From positions 527,924 to 591,923 of the forward strand of contig CAWCNY010000001.1 in the NCBI GenBank assembly GCA_963797095.1: a DNA stretch of 64,000 bases. Reading direction: 5' to 3'. Of this stretch, positions 38,195 to 49,230 are shown piece after piece. This stretch comes from an uncultured Chloroflexia bacterium (GTDB lineage: Bacteria; Chloroflexota; Chloroflexia; QHBQ01; JADMIH01). Numbering within the stretch: the stretch's first letter is position 1; every line of letters starts with the position of its first letter. A program made the position numbers and the translations under genes. The notes beneath the pieces were generated by a model, which was not told where the DNA came from, made no database searches, and was given only the letters and a program-made list of their open reading frames with translations.

Positions 38195-40605
38195 TGTCTG
38201 TCTTCTTCCGAGATGGACTTGGTAAGAGTGAGTGGGCCGAAGTCGACCCAGGAACTCATCATGTGATCTCGCCGGTTGGTGCTTTTCTGATGATTCGTGC
38301 TGCGGCGGGACCTTCCAATCGGGGTGTCGTTCTACTGAACGGGCACGCGGTGGAGTGTGATCCCGGCGCGGAAAGCTGCGTGGTTCCCTTTGTTCCGAAT
38401 GATCAGGGCATTTGCGTACTTACACTTGTTGATGAGGACGGTGTCCGACCGAGATATGAATTCGTAGCGAACGCGGCTCTGGAACCCGACACTCGCCTCA
38501 AAGCAAAGCTTCAAGATTTCAGGCGCCGCCTGAGAGATATTTCTGACGGGAACGTCATAAGGGCTGGCCAACTCTATGGCGCGATAGCCAATATGTCGCT
38601 GCCTCTGCTCGCTGTTCAGGAAACCTTTACAGCAGCAGATGAGGACTGGCTGCTTGACGAGATCGAAGCAGCCATACCTTTCTTACTCCGCGCGTGCGAC
38701 AAACCCCGTACACACCTACGAACTGAGGAGGCCGTGCGTCCAATCGAGGTTGTGACTAGATCCGGTCCGGCTGCTCTCAGGCATTTGGCCTCTCATAGCG
38801 AGCATTGGGAAGCCCGTACCGTCGGTGGACTGAGACCCGTTCGTCTCCTGGCTCAGATTACAGAGGATGATCTCAGCCTCTATGAGAACCGGTTTGTCAA
38901 AACCCTCATTGATCGGCTGGTCAGGCACGTTCTGGGATCGCGCCGTGAGGTAGAACGGGCACTGGGCCAGGCGGAAAACGCCCTCGATTGGGACCATCTG
39001 GCAAGCCAGTTCTCTGATTACCGTAGACTCGAGATGCTCACGACACTCTTCCCAACTTTCGGTTCCGCGAGCATACAATCACAGAAATCTGTCTTCCAAG
39101 AGACCAAGCATAGAATTGTAAGGATACAACGCATTCTTACTTCCTGTGTGGCATCGCGCTTCTACCAGGCGCTTAGGCATTGTGAGCCAGTCTCCTCACC
39201 TATACGGCCCACAAATATCCTTACGATGGACCCAGCCTATAAATGGCTCTTCCACCTTTGGCTAGAGCTGGATAGGGATGATCACCATATTGAAGAGGCT
39301 GTGGACGGATCACTACCAGCAGATACAGAAGGAGCGTACCGCTCCTTCTGCCAGGTCATGCTGCTTCAGGCGCTGAAGTCCTCTCGCTTTGCACCGCTGG
39401 CGGGAGATCTTGAGCAAGTAGGTGTTCTGAATGATGACGGCAGCTTTCAAATTACCGGCCGGTTCGTTAGGGACAACTGGTCGGCGAACCTGTCAATGCT
39501 CGAAGCGCGGCACACCAGGGAAGTTATCCGGCTGACACTGGACCAGCAACTAGATGAAGAGTTCGACCTGCCCGCAGATATCGACGTGCCCCCGACTATA
39601 CCCGCAGATCTTGAGCATATAGTTGGTCTAATTGGGCGAAAGCTCGTTTTCCGGGACAAGCCTACGAATGCGGAAAAGTTGCACCTATCGAGGCTGTTTC
39701 ATTCAGATGCGGCGACGGCCAAGCGGAAAGGGTATGTAAATGCGGGGGCCCTCCAGAGGACCCACAATGTCTGGGCCTCCTTCGTCGACAGCGTTGTGGC
39801 ACGTCTGCCGAAGAAGACGTCTCTGCGGATCTTGCTGGTACCTGTGTTCAGCGAACTAGGTGTGGATGTAGCGGATATACGAGCCAACACCAAGATGCTG
39901 CTGAACGCTGCCTCACACAGTAACCAGACCTACGGGGCGACGAGTACTCTGATTCTGATCCCCAGTGCCCCACGTGAGTTACCGGACTCCACACCGGCGG
40001 ATGTGGCTCGAAGACTCTGCAATCTGGGCGATTGTTTCACGGAAGAGGACTCCAGGTTATGGGGAAACCGGGTTGCTGGTCTTCTCTCGATCTCGCCCTG
40101 GCAGTTGAATTCCCTCCTACGTCTTACCAGAACCGTAAAGTCCCACATGCTCAGGGTGCATATCGAGAATGCAGTACGACTTAAGCGCCGCTCCCTTTTG
40201 GAGGCGTGTCCCGTATGCGAGGGCTACCGACTACGCATGGAAGAGCCCAAGTGGCAGAAGTGCCTTGAGTGTGGCTCGGAGTGGGGGGTCACTAGATGTC
40301 CATCCCCCGATTGTGCTCATGAATTCGCCTGGTTGCGCACAGGACAGTATCGAGCGCCACAAATGCAACTGGAGGAGTCGGCTTACGGACGTGTTATTGA
40401 GGCGCTTGAAACCGCCGCCGGGGAGAGTGCTGTCACTGCATATTGTGAATCTCGTCTCGATGGCCGGGCGGTGGCACCCATTTGCCCAAAGTGCGGGCGG
40501 TGTCCGCGAAGCAAAGACTCGGGCAATTCGTGCTTGCGTTGTGTCCACCGAGAAATGCCTTCGAAAGCACAGGTGGCTCATAGTCCAGCCTCACAAGCGG
40601 GCTAA
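38194..40605 (+). CDS. DUF2357/McrC-like protein with C-terminal Zn ribbons (CnuC-like)
   Basis: HLASHSEHW, LYENRFVKTLIDRL, TNILTMDPAY; CPVC, CLEC, CPSPDC, CPKC, CLRC. Confidence 0.75.
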   Translation: MSVFFRDGLGKSEWAEVDPGTHHVISPVGAFLMIRAAAGPSNRGVVLLNGHAVECDPGAESCVVPFVPNDQGICVLTLVDEDGVRPRYEFVANAALEPDTRLKAKLQDFRRRLRDISDGNVIRAGQLYGAIANMSLPLLAVQETFTAADEDWLLDEIEAAIPFLLRACDKPRTHLRTEEAVRPIEVVTRSGPAALRHLASHSEHWEARTVGGLRPVRLLAQITEDDLSLYENRFVKTLIDRLVRHVLGSRREVERALGQAENALDWDHLASQFSDYRRLEMLTTLFPTFGSASIQSQKSVFQETKHRIVRIQRILTSCVASRFYQALRHCEPVSSPIRPTNILTMDPAYKWLFHLWLELDRDDHHIEEAVDGSLPADTEGAYRSFCQVMLLQALKSSRFAPLAGDLEQVGVLNDDGSFQITGRFVRDNWSANLSMLEARHTREVIRLTLDQQLDEEFDLPADIDVPPTIPADLEHIVGLIGRKLVFRDKPTNAEKLHLSRLFHSDAATAKRKGYVNAGALQRTHNVWASFVDSVVARLPKKTSLRILLVPVFSELGVDVADIRANTKMLLNAASHSNQTYGATSTLILIPSAPRELPDSTPADVARRLCNLGDCFTEEDSRLWGNRVAGLLSISPWQLNSLLRLTRTVKSHMLRVHIENAVRLKRRSLLEACPVCEGYRLRMEEPKWQKCLECGSEWGVTRCPSPDCAHEFAWLRTGQYRAPQMQLEESAYGRVIEALETAAGESAVTAYCESRLDGRAVAPICPKCGRCPRSKDSGNSCLRCVHREMPSKAQVAHSPASQAG

Positions 40606-40829
40606 GAGCGTCTTTCAAAACCGAGTCATTGCTGTAGAATCAGAATATGGCCAGACCGGTACTCAGTCGCATCACCTACCGGTCGCCTTTCAGAGGATAG
40701 TATAAAGCGGTCCGGCCCGGTTGAAGTAATACGACGCACCAGTGCTGCATCAATTATTGCAGATCGGTACGAAATACCATATGTCGGAGAGCAGTAAAAA
40801 GCCGGGGGATCACGTCAGGATAGACGTTC

Positions 40830-40981
40830 TCAGGGCTTCGGTAGCGTGCTGCTATCTGAACGAGTGTACTTGTAATACGTATTGCGCGAGATGCCTACGA
40901 TCTCACAAATCTCGCGGATGCTGTAACTCCCATCCTTCTTTAGTGCAAGCGCGGCTTTCTGCTTCTTCTGGTCTCCTCCCT
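40830..40981 (-). pseudogene. C-terminal HTH of a serine resolvase split by IS21
   Basis: Continues in frame from 45074 across the target duplication: GRPKG-GDQKKQKAALALKKDGSYSIREICEIVGISRNTYYKYTR..stop at 40830-40832. Confidence 0.85.
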
Positions 40982-41142
40982 TGTTTCTGCTAATGTAAAA
41001 GGGAGCCATTCGATGAAATCTTGACAGTCAAAAAGGGAGCCACTTAGCTCTCTCTTTGCTATCGTTGGGACAAGGCAAAGATGTTGCCTTTCGGTTACTC
41101 GGCTAGACCGTTAGACCGCAAACGATACGATAGCAAAGAGAG

Positions 41143-42837
41143 GTGGAGATGATTACCGTGGAACAACACGAAGCCATCCGCCGCGCCTTCTACCTCGAAC
41201 ACAAGAGTGTCAGGCAGATCGCACGAGAACAAAGGCACTCCCGCAAGACTGTTGACAAAGCCATTGCCCAAGCCCAAGCCCAGGCTCAGGACCCATCCCA
41301 GTCCCAATTCTACCAACCGTACCCTTACCCAACTTACCGGCGCACCAAACCTAGACCCGCTCCGGTGTTCGGCTCTTTCCAGACCCGTGTCGACGAACTC
41401 CTACAGCAAAACGACCGTCTCCCACGCAAACAACGCTACACCGCTCGCAAGATCTTTGAACTTTTGGTCAAGGAAGGCTACCAGGGTAGCGAGTCTCGCG
41501 TGCGATTGCACGTGAGCAGATATCGCAAAGCCCATCACGCACCACCCCTGTTCATACCACTAGAGTTCGAGCCTGGGAAGGACGCCCAGGTTGACTGGGG
41601 TGAAGCTGTTGCCGTCATCGGTGGCGAGCGCCAAACCGTGCAGTTGTTCATCATGCGTCTGAACTACTCAAGGCGATCCTTCGTGATGGCCTACCCCTCG
41701 CAGAAACAAGAAGCCTTCTTTGCCGGTCATGTGGCAGCTTTCCAGCACTTTGGTGGAGTTCCCCAACGTATCAGCTACGACAACCTGGCCTCGGCGGTGG
41801 ATCCGGTTGCCTCTTTCAGCTCGGTGCGCCTCCTGATCGAAGGACGAGTACGACGAGAGCAGAGAGCATTCGTAGCCTTTCGTAGTCATTACCTGTTCGA
41901 GAGCCACTTCTGCACGCCTGGACAAGGGCATGAGAAGGGAGGTGTTGAACACAGCGTAGGGTTTAGCCGCCGCAACTTCCTGGTACCTATCCCAGATGTG
42001 GCCTCATTTGAAGCATTGAACATCTTTCTTCTGAGCGAGTGCCTGCGAGATGATCAGCGCCGGGTTGCGCGCCAACCCACCACCATCAAAGAAGCCTGGG
42101 AGCAGGAGCTACCTCATCTGCGTCCTCTACCTTCCTACCAATATGAATGTTGCGTGACGAGCACGGCACATCTCACTCCATACAGCCAGGTGATCTTTGA
42201 GACCAATCGCTACTCGGTGCCCGTCGAGAGAGCAAGGCGAGAAGTGATCGTCAAGGCTTACCCTTTCCATGTGGACATATTCGACCCCAATCCCAACCCC
42301 AATCCCAACGATGGCCAGCCACGTAATCAATCGCATGACCAGCCCGGCCGCTCCGGCCTACCAGGATTGCTTGCCCGTCATCCCCGCTGCTACGAGCGAG
42401 AGCAGGATATCTTCGAGCCACTGCATTACCTGCCTTTGCTCGCTCAGCGGCCAGGGGCATTCGATTATGCCAAACCATTGCGCCGGTGGCGAGCCAAATG
42501 GCCACCTACATATGAGAAGGCGTTGGAACTGTTACGGGAGAAGTGGCCGGAAGGCAGAGGAGTGAAGGAGTTTGTCCGCATCTTGCAACTTCATCAGGAT
42601 TATCCCGCTGTGCTTGTGGAGCGAGCAGTTGGGCAGGCTCTTTCGTATGGGTGTGTTCATTTTGATGGAGTTACCCATTGTTTGAGGCAACTCACCACGC
42701 CTGAAACAGAGCTGACCATGCTTGCAGGTCTTGATCTGGTAGGGCTGGCCGATCACCCACACCTGCAAGCCATTGGCAAAATCGGCAGCCAGCCCATCGA
42801 CTTACGTCGTTATGAGCAACTGCTTCAAGGAGGATGA
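41143..42837 (+). CDS. istA: IS21 transposase IstA
   Basis: AQVDWG, ISYDNL, EKGGVE, NRYSVP. Confidence 0.93.
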   Translation: MEMITVEQHEAIRRAFYLEHKSVRQIAREQRHSRKTVDKAIAQAQAQAQDPSQSQFYQPYPYPTYRRTKPRPAPVFGSFQTRVDELLQQNDRLPRKQRYTARKIFELLVKEGYQGSESRVRLHVSRYRKAHHAPPLFIPLEFEPGKDAQVDWGEAVAVIGGERQTVQLFIMRLNYSRRSFVMAYPSQKQEAFFAGHVAAFQHFGGVPQRISYDNLASAVDPVASFSSVRLLIEGRVRREQRAFVAFRSHYLFESHFCTPGQGHEKGGVEHSVGFSRRNFLVPIPDVASFEALNIFLLSECLRDDQRRVARQPTTIKEAWEQELPHLRPLPSYQYECCVTSTAHLTPYSQVIFETNRYSVPVERARREVIVKAYPFHVDIFDPNPNPNPNDGQPRNQSHDQPGRSGLPGLLARHPRCYEREQDIFEPLHYLPLLAQRPGAFDYAKPLRRWRAKWPPTYEKALELLREKWPEGRGVKEFVRILQLHQDYPAVLVERAVGQALSYGCVHFDGVTHCLRQLTTPETELTMLAGLDLVGLADHPHLQAIGKIGSQPIDLRRYEQLLQGG

Positions 42838-43915
42838 ATTGGAGAAAGAGAGGGAGAGAACGGAGAGGACGCAGACCGTGAACACGGCGAATACGAACAC
42901 GGTAAAGCCAGCAAGGGCAGCAAGGGCGACAGAACATCACATGTTGCTGGAAAGCTATCTACGCCAGTTACGATTGCCCAGCTTCGTGCAACACTACCAG
43001 AAGTTGGCTCAAGATGCCGCACAGACCAACCTCAGCTATGAACGTTTTCTGTTAGCTCTGGCTGAAGGAGAGGTAGGCCAACGAGAAGTGCATCGAGTGG
43101 AACGCTCTATCGCCTCCGCCAAATTCCCGGTGCTCAAAGAGCTTGCTGACTTCGATTTCAGTGTCGTGCAGGGTTTAGCCAAGACGAGGGTACTTGAACT
43201 GGCTCAGGGTGGGTACATTCAGAGGGCAGAGCCGATCCTTTTGGTTGGCAATCCAGGGCTTGGCAAGACCCATATTGCCACAAGTCTTGCCCTTGCGGCT
43301 TGCCGTCAGGGCCATCATGTGCGCTTCTACAACGTAGCAGGCTTAATCAATGATATGATCCAGGCACAACAGGAGCTGCGATTGTCCCGTTTCATGACAC
43401 AGATGTGCAAGCAGCAGGTGATTGTGCTGGACGAGCTAGGCTTCATACCATTTACAGCGGCGGGTGCGCAGTTGCTCTTCCAGTTCTGTTCGACCCTTTA
43501 CGAGAGAGTGGCAATCATCATAACTACGAACCTGCGATTTGGAGATTGGAACAGTGTGTTAGGAGATGAGCGAATGACGGCTGCACTTTTGGACCGGCTC
43601 ACGCACAAAGCACACATTCTGGAGTTTGTTGGAGAGTCGTTTCGTTTTCGCCAGCGTCTTCAACAGCAACAGGTGCAGGGGCAGGGGCAGGGGCGAAGTG
43701 AAAGAACAGGTGATGGTGCGAACGGGAATTTCGGGTACGGTTCTATTCAGAGTCTGGAGAGCCGAGAGATGGAAGGAGGGGAGGAAGACGAGGGGGCAGA
43801 AGCGGGGGAGATCGGGGAGAGCGGGGAGAGCGGGGAGATTGGGGAGATCGGGGAGAGCGGGGAGACAGAGGAAGCAGAACCGGCGCAAATGGCAAGCATC
43901 GCTGATCGGCCTTAG
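42773..43915 (+). CDS. istB: IS21 helper ATPase IstB with low-complexity C-terminal tail
   Basis: LRQLRL, FDF, GNPGLGKTH, LDELG, TTNL, LLDRLTH; the true start is probably further downstream. Confidence 0.92.
   Translation: MAKSAASPSTYVVMSNCFKEDELEKERERTERTQTVNTANTNTVKPARAARATEHHMLLESYLRQLRLPSFVQHYQKLAQDAAQTNLSYERFLLALAEGEVGQREVHRVERSIASAKFPVLKELADFDFSVVQGLAKTRVLELAQGGYIQRAEPILLVGNPGLGKTHIATSLALAACRQGHHVRFYNVAGLINDMIQAQQELRLSRFMTQMCKQQVIVLDELGFIPFTAAGAQLLFQFCSTLYERVAIIITTNLRFGDWNSVLGDERMTAALLDRLTHKAHILEFVGESFRFRQRLQQQQVQGQGQGRSERTGDGANGNFGYGSIQSLESREMEGGEEDEGAEAGEIGESGESGEIGEIGESGETEEAEPAQMASIADRP
43806..43866 (+). repeat. Degenerate 9-bp tandem repeats (GGGGAGAGC/GGGGAGATC) in the istB tail
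   Basis: Encodes GEIGESGESGEIGEIGESGE. Confidence 0.85.
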
Positions 43916-43956
43916 TTTTTTCGCAAAATTGACCTCAAAATGGCCGAAATTAAGTC

Positions 43957-44280
43957 ATGACCTCTAACTCCAGCTCTAACCCAAGCGCACTCCCAGCTAG
44001 CGAACCTGCCGTCGAACCGCCCTCGAAGGTGGTAACGACCTGCCGGGGCTACACACGAACCCTCCACGCTCAACTCGTTTCGTTCCGTTGCGAGTGGTGC
44101 AGCGAGGAGCGAGAGGTGTGGCAGTATCCAGGGGCAGCTCCGCGTTACTGCGATGGTTGCCGAAGGGAAGCCCAAAGGGCGATGAACACGGCGCGCCAGC
44201 GGGAGAAGCGCAAGCGAGACACTAGCCCCTACGGATGGCGACCACGGGTAGGACGGCCTCGCAAGCCTTGGAATCGGTGA
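43957..44280 (+). CDS. Small basic CxxC..CxxC zinc-finger protein (IS21 passenger)
   Basis: CEWC..YCDGC and an Arg/Lys-rich tail ending GRPRK. Confidence 0.6.
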   Translation: MTSNSSSNPSALPASEPAVEPPSKVVTTCRGYTRTLHAQLVSFRCEWCSEEREVWQYPGAAPRYCDGCRREAQRAMNTARQREKRKRDTSPYGWRPRVGRPRKPWNR

Positions 44281-44382
44281 ACTGAGCGTATCCTAATTGG
44301 CACACCGAGCCTTATTGCGTCTGGGTAAATGAGCAGGATGGTCCCTGTGCCTACTCTTCCGATGCCAAATGGCTATAACCAT

Positions 44383-44892
44383 TCACTGTGATATCTCTAG
44401 CTTCAATATCACCGGATCCGAGGGATCGCCGTCTATGTGGGCATACCAAATCTTGACTTGTAGCCCCTCTTTCATTGGCCCCCCAAGTGTACTTACATGG
44501 TGAAAGCCAAGGCTCTCGCTGTATTCGGAGTAACTAAACTGGACCCCTTGCACCCTAAAGCTCTCGGCCTTGCCACTGGCCGTACTGGTTAGGTCTATTA
44601 CTTGCCCCTCAGCAACCTGTGCCTGATTAGTGGCGAGCAAATCGCTGCCAGTATGATATGCGGAAAGCGTCGACGCAAAGAGGAAGATCGCAACGCACAA
44701 ACCAGCACAGATCAGGGTTACAGATCCAGATATCCTTATGGCACTAGGTACCTTGGGTATGCGGCTGCGATTGACCAATATTCCAACACCGACGAACGCA
44801 ACCGCCAGAGGGATTATTACAACCCACCATGCAAACGATTGTTGCGAAGCGTCAAAGACCGTTCGATAAGCCACGACCGTGCTGCGGTCCAT
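44383..44892 (-). CDS. Two-TM membrane protein (IS21 passenger)
   Basis: Two hydrophobic helices, then a beta-rich C-terminal domain. Confidence 0.65.
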   Translation of the reverse strand: MDRSTVVAYRTVFDASQQSFAWWVVIIPLAVAFVGVGILVNRSRIPKVPSAIRISGSVTLICAGLCVAIFLFASTLSAYHTGSDLLATNQAQVAEGQVIDLTSTASGKAESFRVQGVQFSYSEYSESLGFHHVSTLGGPMKEGLQVKIWYAHIDGDPSDPVILKLEISQ

Positions 44893-45073
44893 GTTGTTCC
44901 AAATGTCGACTAGAAGTCATGTCCGTGATGTCCCCACTAGACTTGCGATTTCCGTGTGGCCCCCTTTTCGATTATCAAATGGCTCCCTTTTTAATTATCA
45001 ATATTTTCGTCGGGGAGGAGAAGTGGCTCCCTTTTTGGTTATCAAATGGCTCCCTTTTCTATTGACAAAAACA

Positions 45074-45303
45074 CTCCCTTCGGACGCCCGCCTTTCCTGC
45101 CTCTAGCTCGTGCCGCGTGGAGGCCTGCATTCGTTCTTTCGCGGATGAGATCGCGTTCGAACTCTGCCAGAGAAGCAAAGATGTGGAAGATAAGGTTGCC
45201 GGCTGAGGTCGTGGTGTCAATCTGCTCCTGCAAACTCTTGAAGCCGACCCTTCGGGTGCTCAGGTCGCGCACGGTCTCTACTAGGTGTGGAAGTGAGCGT
45301 CCC
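45074..45303 (-). pseudogene. Central fragment of a serine resolvase (N-terminus lost)
   Basis: GRSLPHL..EQIDTTTSAGNLIFHIFASLAEFERDLIRERTNAGL, closely similar to tnpR at 63260. Confidence 0.88.
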
Positions 45304-45415
45304 GTGATTACCGCAGGAAGTTGTGGGCAGGGCAACTGACATGAGTGGAATATGCTTGCTAGTTCTGAGAATTAGGGATTCTCGTTACTTAGCTTTCTAT
45401 GGCTGGGTTGGCAAA

Positions 45416-45668
45416 CGAAGAGTACCACAAGTCGCTCAAGCAGAACGCCTCTCTTGAGAAGTCTCCAACCCGCACCGTGCTGACGCAGACCAATCACTTC
45501 TTCTGTGCGCTGTGTGCCTTCGTGAAGCTGGAGTGGCTCAAGATGGACACTAATCTCAACCATTTTGCATTGCGCACCCGCCTCTACTTGTCGGCTCTGA
45601 AGAGTGTCTTTCATCAGTTACAAACCCTGTCACCTGTGGCTCTAGGTGGCTCCGCCCTGGCTGCGTAA
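45416..45668 (+). pseudogene. IS701-like transposase C-terminal remnant
   Basis: EEYHKSLKQNASLEKSPTRTVLTQTNHFFCALCAFVKLE. Confidence 0.7.
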
Positions 45669-46051
45669 CATGAGTCCTGAAGTTACACGCCACCTGCGTG
45701 GCGTGTTTCGCATACCCAATTACAGCAACGGCAGCACAAAAATACGTGTATCCATGGGCCTATGTGGGTGTATACACGCATGGCAGCCGGGCTGTTTTGC
45801 TCTATATACATTGCACGGGTGGTTCGCCGGACGTTGGGGGCTTCCGCACCTGACACCCGGCGGACCACCCAGATAGCAGGGCGGCAGTCCAACACAGAGT
45901 CCGCACGCACCTGACCAATCCCGCCACCCGCCCTGCAGGAGAGCAAGAGCAGATAAGCAGTGTGTGAAGGAGGTCGAACAATGATAAGCAACACTGGTAA
46001 CGAAGCCGCCGTAACGAGATCGCTGTCCATATTCTTTACAGGAGGAGAGAC

Positions 46052-46515
46052 ATGAAAACCAACCGGCACCTCAAGAATGCCCCACTCATAGCTAGCCTGG
46101 TCGTGATGCTCCCGATATTCGCCCCCTCGAGCGCGACACCGGACGTGGGCCTGGTGCCGGTTGCGCAGGCCGCCTCCCTGTCCGCGGCGCCGGTCGTCTA
46201 CTGGAGCCGCGAGGCCGGGCGCGCCATCGTGCCGCCTGGTCCCGGAGGCGTATTCGGCCCGAACAACTACGGGAACAAAACCCCCGCCGAGGCAGCCGTC
46301 TACATGGGGATCGTCCACGTAGCAATCTACGATGCCGCATTGGCATTCGAGGGCGGCTACCAGCCATATGCGATCGCGCTTAGCGCGCCGCCGGGTGCGT
46401 CCGCGGAGGCTGCCATCGCCACTGCGACGCACAACGTACTCATCGGTCTGCAGCCCGAGCTTGGCCTGTCGCCTTCCCAGCAGGCGATCCTCGATGGGCA
46501 CTACGCCGACTACCT
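46052..46515 (+). pseudogene. Secreted vanadium haloperoxidase/PAP2-like protein, truncated by a Tn3 end
   Basis: RBS AGGAGG, signal peptide, VVYW..MGIVHVAIYDAA..GASAEAAIATATHNVL; the frame ends inside the IR at 46516. Confidence 0.65.
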
Positions 46516-49230
46516 GGGGTAAACCCAACAATGCTGCATTTTGACGCAATGTAACGGGTCGAAAGCGGGTATGTCCAAAGAGGTATTCGGTTCCCTTCTC
46601 CGTTTTGGAGTTGGAACTTATGCACATTTTCACTTTGTCGAGTCTGTGCCCGTGCCTGAGGAACGGCTGGCTCACGCCTGATTTGTGCTCACTCGCTCAA
46701 GAAGATATACTCGGCGGTACCGGCGAAGCGAACAGGAAGTGCCGTCACCATGTCTTCTGGGAACTTCTCTGCAAACTGCTTGCCGCACCTCAAGTCTGAG
46801 AGTGAAACCTGATGAAGCGCAACTGGACTACCGAAGAACTGGTCGAGCACTGGACCCTGTTGCCCAAGGAACTGGAGTTGATGGGTAACAAAACCGGCCC
46901 CACACGCCTCGGCTTCGCCGTTCTGCTCAAGTTCTTCCAATTAGAAGCTCGCTTTCCCCAAGCCAAGAACGAAATCCCTCGCCTGGTCGTTAGCTATGTT
47001 GCCAAACAGGTGAGCGTGGAAGCCGACGAATACCTGCGCTACGACTGGCGTGGCCGCATGATTAGCAATCACCGCGTGCAAATCCGCGACTTCTTTGGCT
47101 TTCGTGAGGCCTTGCGAGCGGATACAGAGGAGGTGAGTGATTGGCTTTGCAATTATGTACTCGCTCAGGACCAGGATATTGAACACCTCAAGGAACTGGT
47201 CTATGCTCGCTTCCGGCAGTTGCACATCGAGCCTCCTGCGCCTGATCCCATTATGCGCCTAATCCGCTCGGCTTTCCACACCTATGAGGAGCGCCTGTTC
47301 GTAGACATCTCCGGGCGCTTGTCCGTAACTACCAAGCAGAGTCTCCAGAAGTTGTTGCATGTGACCACCTCTAGGTCTATGTCAGCAAGTATGAGTAGTG
47401 TGAGTGTTGAAGCAGCAAACAGCGTAAACAGTTCCAATTACAACGAGCTTGACGACCGCCCCTTCTGGCTGGAGTTGCGGCATGACCCTGGCCGACCAAG
47501 CCTCGAAAGCGCACTGACCGAGATAGGTAAGCTAGCTCGACTACGTGAATTGGATTTACCGGCCAGCCTGTTTGCCGGGCTTTCTCCGAAAGTGCTGACC
47601 GGCTATCGCCAGCGTGCTGTCGCCGAAGAACTGTACGAACTACGCCGCCACCCCGACAACATTCGCTACACGCTGGTTGCCGCCTACTGCTATCTGCGCC
47701 GACAGGAGATCACAGACAACCTGGTGGAACTGCTCATAGATATTGTACATGCTATTGGAGCGCGGGCTGAGAAGAAGGTTACCCAGCAGTTTGTGGCCGA
47801 GTTGCGTAAGGTCGAGGGTAAGAACGCCATGTTCGGCCAATTGGCCGGTGCATTGGTTGCCAATCCAGACGGCTTGGTCAAAGAAGTCGCCTTCCCTGTA
47901 GTAAGTGAGGAAACCCTGCGCCATGTATCTGAGGAGTACAAAGCGAGCCGCACCTATCAACAGGAGGTCCATCTGCGTATGCGCTCCTCATACAGCCACC
48001 ACTACCGCCGTATGGTGCCTCGTATCCTGGAGGTGCTAGAGTTCCACTCCAATAACAATGTGCATCGACCGCTGGTCTCCGCCCTCGCATTGCTGAAGAA
48101 ATACGCTGAGAGCAGCATCCAATACTATCCACCAGGAGAAACCGTGCCGATTGAAGGGGTCATCCGGTCACCCTGGAGGCCAATAGTTATCGGTGAAGAC
48201 AAGTACGGTCAGCCTCGCCTGAACCGCATCAACTATGAGCTATGCGTGCTGGAAACGTTACGCGAGAGGCTGCGTTGTAAAGAAATATGGGTGCTGGGCG
48301 CCGATCACTACCGTAATCCTGAAGAGGACTTGCCGCCCGACTTCGATATACACCGTGCTGCCTACTACGAAGCGTTAGAGAAGCCATTAGATGTGGAGAG
48401 CTTCATCCATGACCTACAGCAACAATTGACCCATGAGTTAGGGGAACTGGACCGAACGTTACCCAAGAATCAGAAGGTGCGCCTTTTGAACCGTGGTGGC
48501 GGTTGGATATCTCTAACCCCGCTCGATGCGCAGCCGGAGCCTCGTAACCTGAACCAGCTAAAAGCTGCCGTCTTCGCCCGTTGGCCTATGACCTCTCTGT
48601 TGGATATCCTGAAGGAAACGGACCTACGTGTTGGGTTCACCAATCACTTCAAGAGCGCGACCGCATGGGAAGTGCTCGACCGCTCAACGCTGCAAAAGCG
48701 CTTGCTCTTGTGCTTGTATGCGCTGGGCACCAATACTGGTCTCAAGCGGGTCTGCGCCGGTGACCATGGAGAAGCGTACAAGGATCTACAATATGTGCGG
48801 CGCCGCTTCCTGGATCGTGAGCAGTTACGCGCTGCCAATGCCACAGTGGCCAACGCGATTTTCGCTCAGCGTCTACCCCAGATATGGGGCGAGGGCACGA
48901 CGACATGCGTGTCTGACTCCAAGAAATTCGGAGCATGGGACCAGAACCTGTTGACCGAGTGGCATATCCGCTACCGCGGCCCCGGGGTTATGGTGTATTG
49001 GTCAGTGGAGAAGAGTACGGTTTGTATCTACTCGCAACTCAAGAGTTGTTCGTCCTCTGAGGTGGCCGCCATGCTGGAAGGCTTGCTTCGGCATTGCACC
49101 ACGATGGAGGTTGAGCGCAACTTCGTCGACTCCCATGGCCAGAGCGTTATGTGGACAACTGACCGTCACGGGGAAAGGATGCTACAATCGGTCAGGACAG
49201 GTGTTCTACATAATAGTTACAGAGGGGCCT

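Larger units (their letters stand above)
40982..45073 (+). mobile_element. IS21-family element with passenger genes, 4092 bp
   Basis: Ends TGTTTCTGCTAATGTAAAAGGGAGCCATT / reverse complement TGTTTTTGTCAATAGAAAAGGGAGCCATT; sub-terminal AAAAGGG(A/G)GCCA repeats (2 left, 4 right); 6-bp duplication CTCCCT at 40976-40981 and 45074-45079. Confidence 0.92.

Noticed and set aside
40805-40844. Possible Tn3 IR (GGGGATCACG..GGTAG) at the end of the split resolvase
   Set aside because: Position is plausible, but there is no partner repeat in the window to confirm it.
45304-45415. About 110-bp segment between the resolvase and IS701-like remnants
   Set aside because: Probably another element scar, but no IR pair or coding signal could be established.
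45683-46675. 330-aa minus-strand ORF
   Set aside because: Antisense to the haloperoxidase-like fragment, crosses a Tn3 IR and has no motifs.
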